From IMG/VR virus record IMGVR_UViG_3300037474_000043: a stretch of 43,512 nt of DNA. One strand, written 5' to 3'. The position numbers were made by a program, and so were the translations under genes. Source of the stretch: a virus. Each line of letters starts with the position of its first letter. The stretch's first letter is position 1. This document shows, in pieces, positions 33,936 to 41,709 of the stretch. Below the pieces are notes generated by a model that worked only from the letters and a program-made list of their open reading frames with translations, made no database searches and was not told the DNA's origin.

Positions 33936-33957
33936 GCCGCATCTCTCGTTGTAGGTG

Positions 33958-34024
33958 CCGCTCAGTGTCTGGGAGGAGGAGACACCGAGCGGCTAGTTGA
34001 CTGGCGGGAAAGGACACCAGTCAA
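33958..34024 (-). promoter_or_regulatory. two tandem strong hairpins between the secreted-protein gene and the methyltransferase gene
   Basis: 13-bp stem with one mismatch at 33958-33992; loop is CCUCCUCCC on the mRNA strand. 8-bp stem at 33997-34024. Confidence 0.5.
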
Positions 34025-34031
34025 ATCGAAT

Positions 34032-34361
34032 TCAGTAACCCTTGGGCGGGACATAGATGCAGATGGTCCGGCCATCGTCCTTTCCGCCGATCGTGCACCA
34101 ATGCAGGCCATCGTCCTTGCTGTCCTTGACCCGGCTGTCACCGTAGGAGAGCGTCTCGCCCGTCTTGGTCAGGACGTAGCCGGACGGCGTCTCGCGGACG
34201 TAGGAGGCAGGTACTTCCCTGCAGTCGACCGAGCTGCAGCACTCAATGCCATATGACCAACCTGACGGAGCATCGTGGGCCTTTGCCTTGGTCACGACGA
34301 CAAGAGACGAAACAGCCAGGATGGCGACTGCAATGGGAATGAGGGTGAGACGGGAGGTCAT
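34032..34361 (-). CDS. secreted Cys-containing small protein
   Basis: Signal peptide ...VVVTKAKA-HD; motif WSYGIECCSSVDC. Confidence 0.65.
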   Translation of the reverse strand: MTSRLTLIPIAVAILAVSSLVVVTKAKAHDAPSGWSYGIECCSSVDCREVPASYVRETPSGYVLTKTGETLSYGDSRVKDSKDDGLHWCTIGGKDDGRTICIYVPPKGY

Positions 34362-34726
34362 GGTGTCTCACCTCGGATGGCGGACTTGAACGTCGTGTAG
34401 AACATCACCCATTCGTTCGTGTCCTTGAGGCGCATGCCGTCTTTGTCACGCCAGTCGCCATGCTCCATCGTGCCCTTAACGCCTTCGACGATGGAAATCA
34501 GAGCCGGGCCACTGAACTCCAAGGATTTCCAGCGCTTGCGCTCGGCGAGGATGGCCTCTGCCACCGCTTTAACCGCATGCGGTCGATCCCAAGACCACCG
34601 GGGAGCCACTATGACGTCCACAACGTCGCGGGCTGTATTGAGGATGTCTTCCGGTATCTCGGTCATGCCATCCCAAGCCTCTTTTGAGTATGTGCTGGAT
34701 TCATCGAAGATGCGGAGATAGGTCAT
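34358..34726 (-). CDS. hypothetical protein (122 aa)
   Basis: Adjacent stop/start coupling. Confidence 0.6.
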   Translation of the reverse strand: MTYLRIFDESSTYSKEAWDGMTEIPEDILNTARDVVDVIVAPRWSWDRPHAVKAVAEAILAERKRWKSLEFSGPALISIVEGVKGTMEHGDWRDKDGMRLKDTNEWVMFYTTFKSAIRGETP

Positions 34727-35140
34727 TCACCGATCTCCCGCAGTTCCGGAGCGATCCGGTAGGCCAAAGAACGAGCGAACAGCAGTACGAAACGCGCTGT
34801 AGAAATCCGCATCATGGCCCACCATGAAGGCGTCGATTTTGGCGATGAGTTCATCATTGGTGCGCATCTCCTGCTGGGCAAAGACGAGCCCGCTGGCGCG
34901 CTCTACGTCGCGCATCTCGTCTGCATTGAGTGTTATCCGTTCATCGGCGTACCAAGCGTCCTTGACGCGGCTTGCCTTCCACTGCCGATTTCGGTCAGCG
35001 GCCTTGTTTAGTTCTCGCATGGCAACGCGAAGTCGGTTCTTGACCGACCCAAGCGACGGCGGCGCCACTTTGCCCTGCAACGCCATCTGCGCAAACGCTG
35101 TGCTGTTCATTTCGGTATTCTCCGACTTGATTTCTGTCAT
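34727..35140 (-). CDS. hypothetical protein (137 aa; alternative GTG start at 35149)
   Basis: AAGGGTG upstream of ATG 35140. Confidence 0.6.
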   Translation of the reverse strand: MTEIKSENTEMNSTAFAQMALQGKVAPPSLGSVKNRLRVAMRELNKAADRNRQWKASRVKDAWYADERITLNADEMRDVERASGLVFAQQEMRTNDELIAKIDAFMVGHDADFYSAFRTAVRSFFGLPDRSGTAGDR

Positions 35141-35293
35141 TTCCGACACCCTTTGTGCGACATTGTTCCTGTCGCAACCGGGGCATTAGCAAGGAGCAAC
35201 CCCTGCCCCTCTTCAGTCCATTGTCCGGCTCCCAGCCGCCAAGCATCAGGAGCCTTTTGTTCATTGTTGAAGCCCCATTCAGAGCCCCAAGCC

Positions 35294-35329
35294 GGGAGAA
35301 GCGCCTCGCCGCCGCACAGCGCTTCTCCC
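35294..35329. promoter_or_regulatory. 11-bp perfect GC-rich hairpin in a 200-nt intergenic gap
   Basis: GGGAGAAGCGC-N14-GCGCTTCTCCC. Confidence 0.55.
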
Positions 35330-35344
35330 AATCCTCCCCCAGCG

Positions 35345-35482
35345 TCAGGGTATTTCGTTGCGCTGGGGGAGGTTGTTCGACCGATTATCGTTGCCCTTGC
35401 CGGCAGCTATGAAAGCGCCAAACAGAAGAGTTCCAAAGATAGCGAGGAAGGCCCAGGCTAATGCGTAAGCTGCCCATTCCAT
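35345..35482 (-). CDS. 45-aa single-TM peptide (below the ORF-track size cutoff)
   Basis: MEWAAYALAWAFLAIFGTLLFGAFIAAGKGNDNRSNNLPQRNEIP. TAATG coupling to the upstream gene. Confidence 0.45.
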   Translation of the reverse strand: MEWAAYALAWAFLAIFGTLLFGAFIAAGKGNDNRSNNLPQRNEIP

Positions 35483-35724
35483 TACGCCGCCCTCCCCGCC
35501 TTAATCCGGCACACCTCTACCTCGGCTTCCTCACGCGTGCTGCGGGATACCGATATGCCAGTGAGCAGATCTGAGATGATGAAGGTTCCATCTGGTGTGA
35601 TCGTCACCGGGATATGGCCGCGAGATGAAAGCTCGTCTTCGAGCGCGTCCATCATCCCCGGCATCGTGCAATTGGCTTCCCCGTCATATGGGAGGGAGGA
35701 ATTTATCCGGTGGTGGGCGTTCAT
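35482..35724 (-). CDS. hypothetical protein (80 aa)
   Basis: ATGA overlap. Confidence 0.55.
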   Translation of the reverse strand: MNAHHRINSSLPYDGEANCTMPGMMDALEDELSSRGHIPVTITPDGTFIISDLLTGISVSRSTREEAEVEVCRIKAGRAA

Positions 35725-36062
35725 GCTGCACCGTCCTTTCCGCCTGGAAACACGATGAGGTCAGCTTGACGATGTTCGGATTCTTCTGCGGTCCAGGCGA
35801 GTGGCGGGGTTGGCCCTCCATCAATCCACCCAGCGACCTGTGCTTCGGCAAACCGAGCTGCCGGGGAAGTAAATCTGACGAGGTCGCCGAAAACCTCGTA
35901 CCGTCTGGCTCCAGAGCGTGTCTCGTAGAGGTTGATGTAATTTCGGCAATCGAGTTCGGAGCCGTCTTCTTGCGTGAACGTACACCGCGCTTCTACGGTG
36001 CCAACGAACAGCCATGGTTCCGAACACTCGATTGTCTTCTGCTTGCGAAACCAATCGAACAT
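35721..36062 (-). CDS. hypothetical protein (113 aa)
   Basis: Operon context. Confidence 0.55.
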   Translation of the reverse strand: MFDWFRKQKTIECSEPWLFVGTVEARCTFTQEDGSELDCRNYINLYETRSGARRYEVFGDLVRFTSPAARFAEAQVAGWIDGGPTPPLAWTAEESEHRQADLIVFPGGKDGAA

Positions 36063-36065
36063 GGC

Positions 36066-36323
36066 TCACTCCCTCTCCTGTTTGTTCTCTGTCTGTGGGG
36101 TGGGGGAAACGGTGCCGTGAAGCGATCCAACGGTAGGAACTGGGACATCCACATCAACGAAATATCTTGCGGTAGTTTCTGGATCCCGCGCGCCGCCAAG
36201 GGTCGTGTAATCCATGATGTTGTCGGCCAAATCGCCCCAGTCGAGCGAGCCTTCCGTGCAGACGGATACTTTCCCGTTGCTACCGACCAAAAGCATGATC
36301 CGCGTTTTGATTGTCTCGCTCAT
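36066..36323 (-). CDS. hypothetical protein (85 aa)
   Basis: ATGA overlap. Confidence 0.55.
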   Translation of the reverse strand: MSETIKTRIMLLVGSNGKVSVCTEGSLDWGDLADNIMDYTTLGGARDPETTARYFVDVDVPVPTVGSLHGTVSPTPQTENKQERE

Positions 36324-36712
36324 CTCGTCACCTCTGGAGTTTTGGAATGATCGAGATCGGAGAGGAGTTCTCCATCCAGTTCGCCGAGTTCATCAAGGGC
36401 TTGGGAACGGGTGATTTCCTTGAGGGCTTGGGAGAGCATGGCTTCGAACGCCGACCGCAATCCGCCCCACGCCCCTTCTTCCGCACCCTCAAATCCTTCG
36501 TAAGCTTCATAGGCAGCGTCGATATAGGACTTGCGCATGTTTCCGCGCAGATACTCAATGGTGGCGCGGATGGCGGCTTGGGAGATGTAAGCTGCAGCGC
36601 TTTCAGTGAATATCCCGCCACCGCACTTCCTATGCGCGACCGTGACAGCGTGACCCACGGTCTCCACGATCCCGCTCATTGCACCGGAGGTGTGTTCGGT
36701 AGAGGGGGTCAT
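36320..36712 (-). CDS. hypothetical protein (130 aa)
   Basis: Start is adjacent to the upstream stop. Confidence 0.55.
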   Translation of the reverse strand: MTPSTEHTSGAMSGIVETVGHAVTVAHRKCGGGIFTESAAAYISQAAIRATIEYLRGNMRKSYIDAAYEAYEGFEGAEEGAWGGLRSAFEAMLSQALKEITRSQALDELGELDGELLSDLDHSKTPEVTR

Positions 36713-37099
36713 TTAAGCCTCCCGCTTGAAAATGCGGCGATGATGCTGGATAAGTTCCAACTCGTCATCGCTAAGGATGGGCTGCGAAATGTCCGCGCCG
36801 AGCAGCGTGTTAATGCTGGTGTTAAGCGCGGCGGCTACAGCAAGGAGCATCCGGATCGTCGGGTTGACCGAGCGGCCGTTCTCCAATTCCCATATGTGCG
36901 ATTTGCTCGTTCCGGCACGCTTGGCAACTTCGTCAAGGCTGATATCAAGAACAGCACGGCGCCTTTGCATGGCTGGACCGATATTGCCGATGATGTCGGT
37001 CATTGTGCGGCTCCTCGCCAGTTCTTCACAGTGCTTCGGCCAACCGAGGTCGGACACGTCGATTTTCTGCGCTCGCATCATGTCTTTGGAGAAGGACAT
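36713..37099 (-). CDS. XRE-family helix-turn-helix transcriptional regulator
   Basis: ISLDEVAKRAGTSKSHIWELENGRSVNPTIRMLLAVAAALNTSINTLLG. Confidence 0.8.
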   Translation of the reverse strand: MSFSKDMMRAQKIDVSDLGWPKHCEELARSRTMTDIIGNIGPAMQRRRAVLDISLDEVAKRAGTSKSHIWELENGRSVNPTIRMLLAVAAALNTSINTLLGADISQPILSDDELELIQHHRRIFKREA

Positions 37100-37342
37100 T
37101 CACGACTCCCTCAGGTTCGGGAGCGTCTCGACCCATTCAAGGACTTCGGTAGTGTTTCGGCAGCCCGGCTCCCAATCGTCGAAGTCAGGGTCGCGAGAGG
37201 CGATTTCTTCTTCACATTCGTCAGTCAGGATGATGTCCCAGCCGGCAACCATTTCGCCGGGCGTGCACTGCCAACCGTATTGCAGTTGCACCCACTGTAT
37301 ATACTTGGCGCGAAGAGCGCGTTCGATCTGTTGCCTGCTCAT
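37100..37342 (-). CDS. small acidic protein (80 aa)
   Basis: ATGA overlap. Directly upstream of the XRE gene. Confidence 0.55.
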   Translation of the reverse strand: MSRQQIERALRAKYIQWVQLQYGWQCTPGEMVAGWDIILTDECEEEIASRDPDFDDWEPGCRNTTEVLEWVETLPNLRES

Positions 37343-37665
37343 GACTCGGCTGCCTCAATAGCTTTGCGCTCGACTGGTTCGGTGGGGGTGGGATGAGATG
37401 GGATGACGAACGGCTGCCATGCGATAGGGTCGGATCCATATTTTGGCTCGCTCGGGAAACCGGCGAAGTATCCGTTGTGATGGTTGTTAGCCGGGACCCA
37501 ATAGCTCTTGATAACCTTTCCGCAGTTGGACGCAGCCCAGATGAAATCTGGGATGAACGTCTCAACATTGGCAAGCTTCACGCCGTCAGCCGTCTTTCGA
37601 AACTGCTCGACAAGAACAGTCTTGCCGCGAGGGGCTTCGGAGATGTTGAAGTTCCAGTCGCTCAT
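37339..37665 (-). CDS. hypothetical protein (108 aa)
   Basis: ATGA overlaps on both sides. Confidence 0.55.
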   Translation of the reverse strand: MSDWNFNISEAPRGKTVLVEQFRKTADGVKLANVETFIPDFIWAASNCGKVIKSYWVPANNHHNGYFAGFPSEPKYGSDPIAWQPFVIPSHPTPTEPVERKAIEAAES

Positions 37666-37895
37666 TCTGCAGCCTCCACGGCTTTGACGGGTTCGGAGGG
37701 CGCTTTCTCGAATGCGTTGAGGGCGTTCGCTATATGCTGAGCCGCCTCGTCATCCAGGTATTCGCTGAGCGTGCAGACCGGGAAACCGATCTCCCAGCGC
37801 CAGACGCCGACTTCACCGCTTGGCTTCTCTGTGGGGGATTTGTGGACGGTTCGTCCTGTGGCGTAATATTCGCCGTTGTTGCCAATCTCGCTCAC
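37662..37895 (-). CDS. hypothetical protein (77 aa, GTG start)
   Basis: GTG 37895 forms a GTGA overlap with the Cro-like stop. The longer track ORF would overlap the Cro-like gene by 91 nt. Confidence 0.5.
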   Translation of the reverse strand: MSEIGNNGEYYATGRTVHKSPTEKPSGEVGVWRWEIGFPVCTLSEYLDDEAAQHIANALNAFEKAPSEPVKAVEAAE

Positions 37896-38098
37896 GATGC
37901 GCGCTCCATCTCGGATGCGGCGATCTCCATGTCGGCGATCGAAATCATCCCGGACGATTGCTTGATGATCTTGAGCTTCCACGCCGCAGGTATTTCGCAG
38001 CGTTCAAGCCACTTGCGCATGGCCCAGTCGCCTGCACCGCAAGCCTTCGCGGCGGCGACAATCTCATTCCAACGGGGGGGTGCGTTCTTGATGCTCAT
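37892..38098 (-). CDS. Cro/YdaS-like DNA-binding protein, first gene of the leftward early operon
   Basis: ...AMRKWLERCEIPAAWKLKIIKQSSGMISIADM... Divergent from the CI-like gene. No Shine-Dalgarno before ATG 38098. Confidence 0.6.
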   Translation of the reverse strand: MSIKNAPPRWNEIVAAAKACGAGDWAMRKWLERCEIPAAWKLKIIKQSSGMISIADMEIAASEMERAS

Positions 38099-38104
38099 GA
38101 AACG

Positions 38105-38133
38105 CTTATCGGACAATTTGTCCAACTAGTCAA
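38105..38133 (-). promoter_or_regulatory. leftward early promoter candidate with an operator in the spacer
   Basis: Minus strand reads TTGACT-ag-TTGGACAAATTGTCC-GATAAG. The -10 ends 6 nt before ATG 38098. Confidence 0.5.
38111..38123. promoter_or_regulatory. operator palindrome GGACAA-T-TTGTCC
   Basis: Perfect 6+1+6 inverted repeat. An identical 13-mer lies at 39381-39393. Extra TTGTCC half-sites at 38161 and 38178. Confidence 0.65.
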
Positions 38134-38184
38134 GAGAGAATTAGTCCCAAGTTTGATTTTTTGTCCAATGCTAGGGTTTGTCCC

Positions 38185-38595
38185 ATGAGCGAATCCGAAG
38201 AATTCATATTTAATAATGGCTACTGCGAGCGCGTGAAGCGGTTCCGCAGCGAGACAAATATGACTGCTGAGCAAATGGCGGTGCTTTTGAAGGTGCCAGC
38301 CGATCGATACAGAAAGTATGAGACCCGGAGCCCTATGCCGGTCTATCTCATAGCCTCGTTTTGCCAGATCGTCGGATGCGACCTGGAGCACCTGATCCTC
38401 GGCAAAGCCCGAGACAGGATGAAGCCTATTATAGTGGCGAGAAAAACGCTGTTGTCATCGACCGATGATGAATTGGCGCAGAAGGCGCAACAAGCTGAGA
38501 GCACTCCCGATGTGCCCGGGAAACTTGATCAGTTTGTCGAAGCAGTTGCTTCACAGCCAAACAAGCGTCGAAAGATTGGCAGTTCACGCAATTGA
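38185..38595 (+). CDS. CI-like XRE-family repressor
   Basis: RVKRFRSETNMTAEQMAVLLKVPADRYRKYETRSPMPVYLIASFCQIVGCDLEHLILG. Divergent from the Cro-like gene. Confidence 0.75.
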   Translation: MSESEEFIFNNGYCERVKRFRSETNMTAEQMAVLLKVPADRYRKYETRSPMPVYLIASFCQIVGCDLEHLILGKARDRMKPIIVARKTLLSSTDDELAQKAQQAESTPDVPGKLDQFVEAVASQPNKRRKIGSSRN

Positions 38596-38662
38596 GATAA
38601 ACATCGAACGCCTCTTTTTGCGCAGGCGTCAACGATGACACAAACGAGTGCCAGTCGCGCAT
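38429..38662 (-). CDS. candidate 77-aa ORF convergent with and overlapping the repressor gene 3' end
   Basis: GGGGAGGAAGAA immediately upstream of ATG 38662. No recognisable family. Overlaps 38429-38595 of the CI-like gene. Confidence 0.25.
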   Translation of the reverse strand: MRDWHSFVSSLTPAQKEAFDVYLNCVNCQSFDACLAVKQLLRQTDQVSRAHRECSQLVAPSAPIHHRSMTTAFFSPL

Positions 38663-39279
38663 TTCTTCCTCCCCGCCGCAGGTCAGACATGAGATGATGT
38701 CGTATATTAGGCGTATGTACAATCCCCCATTTGAGGGATCATTTTTTAGGATAGGCATAGAATCTCTATTATGATGGTCTCCAACACACCCAGAGACCGC
38801 CAACTCCTGCGCTGATCCTGCCAGCGCCAAGCATCCGTGGAACCAACCTAACCTGAAGCCTCGGTTTGTTTTCGCAGCCGCTACTGCGTCCAACACTGGC
38901 AGTCTTTTTATCGCGGCGGTCAACCGCATTCGTTACCAGCTCGTGCACCTGCTTTTTTCTTTCGGCAGGCGGTATAGGTGTGCTTCAGTTTCCCGGAGCG
39001 CAGCAAGCGCCTTCACCCGGCAGGCCATCAACCCTGTTCGATTCCGTCCGATGAGCCTGGCATCGGCACCGCGTCAATTTCATGTACCGGATGATCGGGG
39101 ACGCGGTTGAAACATCAAAAGAGCCGCCGCCTTTGCATCGTAGCGCCTTTCTTCTTGGCGGGAACCTCCGAGCAGTCCCAAGAAATCCAGCATTCCAACA
39201 CACTCTAGGCAGCTTTCCACTTGCAAATCGCAATTGGTTACGATAAGTAAGTGACATTCAAGTCGTAAGCTGCCCTCGA

Positions 39280-39313
39280 GCGCCGGTCGGATCATCCCTC
39301 CGGCGCTTTTCTT
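39280..39313 (+). terminator. intrinsic terminator closing the repressor-side transcription unit
   Basis: GCGCCGG-N13-CCGGCGC followed by TTTTCTT. Confidence 0.6.
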
Positions 39314-39370
39314 ATGCCATCTCTCCAAATCGTCCGCAAGAAAAATTTGCCAGATTGTCCAAATTTGCGC

Positions 39371-39399
39371 TTTACATGTTGGACAATTTGTCCTATAAC
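39371..39399 (+). promoter_or_regulatory. rightward early promoter candidate with an operator in the spacer
   Basis: TTTACA-tg-TTGGACAATTTGTCC-TATAAC, 17-nt spacing. Confidence 0.55.
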
Positions 39400-39461
39400 G
39401 TCTCCATCAGCCCAGCACCGGCCCAGCCGAAGTCAAGCAAGCTGATCCCCAAACGGGAAAC

Positions 39462-39713
39462 ATGGAGACGACAATGACCTTCGAAGCGCTGATCAAGGAA
39501 ATGGACAAGCAAGCTGCTCAAAGCGGTGACGCTCGCTGCTGGTGGAACACCGCCTCCCTGATCCTGACGGTCTGGTCGAACTGCAAGGATGGCTGGTTTC
39601 CAGCTGTTCGGTTCGATCCCCGAGTCAATCGCGCGCTTGAAGGCCTGGCTAAGGCTTATCGCCAGTTTGGCGCCGATCTCCTGAACTCAGCAAATTCACG
39701 GGCTTTTGCCTGA
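39462..39713 (+). CDS. hypothetical protein, first gene of the rightward early operon (ATG 39474 may be the true start)
   Basis: GGAGA lies 6 nt upstream of ATG 39474. Confidence 0.6.
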   Translation: METTMTFEALIKEMDKQAAQSGDARCWWNTASLILTVWSNCKDGWFPAVRFDPRVNRALEGLAKAYRQFGADLLNSANSRAFA

Positions 39714-39893
39714 TCCGAGATCATCACAGCCCGGGGGTTATCGGGCCAACGCAGGAGGCAGACATGTAGATCGCAGCGCGGGGCGCGCCATTCAAACAGT
39801 ACGGTACAGAATTTTCGAAAACTTTGGTTGGTCCTGAGCATGACGTGAAACTGCTCCCCCGCACGAAGCAGGGCAAACCAAGGAGAACGGGAA

Positions 39894-40433
39894 ATGGACC
39901 TAACGACAGCAGCCAAGGAGTTGCATGGCCTTCGCTTAGATCTGCAGAAGCATCTGGACGAAGCTACCAAGCAAGAAACATTTCTGCGTGGGCAAATCCA
40001 GGCTCGCGTCAATGTCCTCGAAAGCGCTGCAGACGGGATCGACCACGATAAGGTCACTCTCGCCAAGACCGTCCTATCCATTCGCGGAACCTATGCCAAG
40101 GCCGGCGAAGACCGGAAGTCAGTTATCTCCGACGCGGTTAAGCAGCTTTCGACCGGCGAACCCGCCAGACCGCACTATGGCGACCTCTGGCAATACTACT
40201 TCGGCACGAAATCCTACGACCGATGGCACGGCCAGCGTAGCGATCACCCTTATCACATGGGTCCGGGTCATGGCTCGATCATTTTTTCCGTCGAGCTAAC
40301 GGATCGCGTTCGAAAGAACCGGACACACGCCGACCTGACAGCCGACGAGATCGAGGCCGCAATCTACTACCTCATGAATTTGGAGCGTGTGCAGGCCGCT
40401 GAGCAAAGGGCTCGCGAAGCCGCCGCCGCCTGA
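39894..40433 (+). CDS. hypothetical protein (179 aa)
   Basis: AAGGAGA Shine-Dalgarno. Confidence 0.65.
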   Translation: MDLTTAAKELHGLRLDLQKHLDEATKQETFLRGQIQARVNVLESAADGIDHDKVTLAKTVLSIRGTYAKAGEDRKSVISDAVKQLSTGEPARPHYGDLWQYYFGTKSYDRWHGQRSDHPYHMGPGHGSIIFSVELTDRVRKNRTHADLTADEIEAAIYYLMNLERVQAAEQRAREAAAA

Positions 40434-40483
40434 CAGCATTTCACCGCCCCACACTTCAAGAGGGCAATGGATGGAGATGGAAG

Positions 40484-41065
40484 ATGCCTACTGGATACAC
40501 AATGGATGTTGGCGACGGTAAGATCACGACGCTTCGAGAATTTGCGTTGCGCTGCGCTCGCGGCATGGGCGCTTGCATTATGATGCGTGACGAGCCGTGG
40601 GATGCTCCAATCCCGGAACGTTTCGAACCGTCCCTCGACTACCACAAGAGAGAGCTTGCGAAAGCTACTGAGCTTTTGAAGGATGCTGACGACTTGTCGG
40701 ATGACGAATGCGCGTCACGCGCCAAATCCGATTTTGAAGCGGCCATGGCCAGTCATGCAACATACCAGGCCAAAAAAGAAGAAGAGAACGGCCGATATCG
40801 GGCGATGCTCGATGCCGTTGAGGCTTGGGAAACTGAGGCCGAAGGCATCAAGGAATTCATGTCTGAGCAGCTTCGGATTTCGATCGATAAACATGTGTCC
40901 GAAGCCCCCAAGGAAATGACCGGCGAAGAGTGGCGGAAAGAAACCGCGAGAAAAGCTCTCTGGTCGATCGCGTACCACGAAAAAGAGATCGCTGAGGAAA
41001 TCCATCGGACGGAGATGAGGAACCTTTGGCTTGCGGCCCTTCGCCGTAGCCTTCCCTCCGCCTGA
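40484..41065 (+). CDS. hypothetical protein (193 aa)
   Basis: GGAGATGGAAG upstream. Confidence 0.65.
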   Translation: MPTGYTMDVGDGKITTLREFALRCARGMGACIMMRDEPWDAPIPERFEPSLDYHKRELAKATELLKDADDLSDDECASRAKSDFEAAMASHATYQAKKEEENGRYRAMLDAVEAWETEAEGIKEFMSEQLRISIDKHVSEAPKEMTGEEWRKETARKALWSIAYHEKEIAEEIHRTEMRNLWLAALRRSLPSA

Positions 41066-41098
41066 CCACAACACCTCGAAAGAGGAAGGATACCGATC

Positions 41099-41500
41099 AT
41101 GCTCGACACCCTGGAAACCGTCTTTGAGTTCGACGACCTGAATATCGTCATCGGCGGTAAGATCTCCACCGGCTGCCAGTTCAATGGCTATGCGGTCCTG
41201 ACGGAAGACGGTGACGGTTTCTACGTCTCGGAGATTACGCTGTCTGACGGCGTGAGACTATCGCCGCCGTCTATTCCTCCGGGCGGGAAGCATCTGTCCC
41301 TCGAAGACCTGCTGTTCAACAGCATCTCCGACATCATCGAAAATCACAAGACGCCGGCAGGCAAGGCGGCTGCAGACGCTTGGCGCTGGGCTGTTTCAGA
41401 AGCCCATGACGACGGCGAAATACCGGCTGCAGCTGCGAACCATTCCACCATCAACCACACCCAGACCGGCATTAGGTCGGCCGTTGCGGTCGTGCGGTAA
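41099..41500 (+). CDS. hypothetical protein (133 aa)
   Basis: AGAGGAAGGA upstream. Confidence 0.6.
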   Translation: MLDTLETVFEFDDLNIVIGGKISTGCQFNGYAVLTEDGDGFYVSEITLSDGVRLSPPSIPPGGKHLSLEDLLFNSISDIIENHKTPAGKAAADAWRWAVSEAHDDGEIPAAAANHSTINHTQTGIRSAVAVVR

Positions 41501-41520
41501 CACAATCTCGGAGTCCTCCC

Positions 41521-41709
41521 ATGCGTGACGAAGAAGGCATCATCATCCGCCCAACCAGTCCATTGGTGTCACAGAACGAGATTAGCCGCTGGTACTTCGC
41601 CATGTGGATCGGGACGATAGCGGCTCTAGGGGCCTTGGCTCTCGTCGCCTTCTCCATCCCGAAAACCATTCAGCGCGTCAATGACGCATATCAGGAGATG
41701 CCGAAATGA
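41521..41709 (+). CDS. small single-TM protein (62 aa)
   Basis: WYFAMWIGTIAALGALALVAFSI. Confidence 0.55.
   Translation: MRDEEGIIIRPTSPLVSQNEISRWYFAMWIGTIAALGALALVAFSIPKTIQRVNDAYQEMPK

Noticed and set aside
38985-39328. Minus-strand ORFs of 90 aa and 82 aa in the immunity-region gap.
   Set aside because: One has a TTG start; the other has an ATG only 1 nt after a GGAGG. Both give basic or Cys-rich implausible products that overlap each other and the plus-strand terminator.
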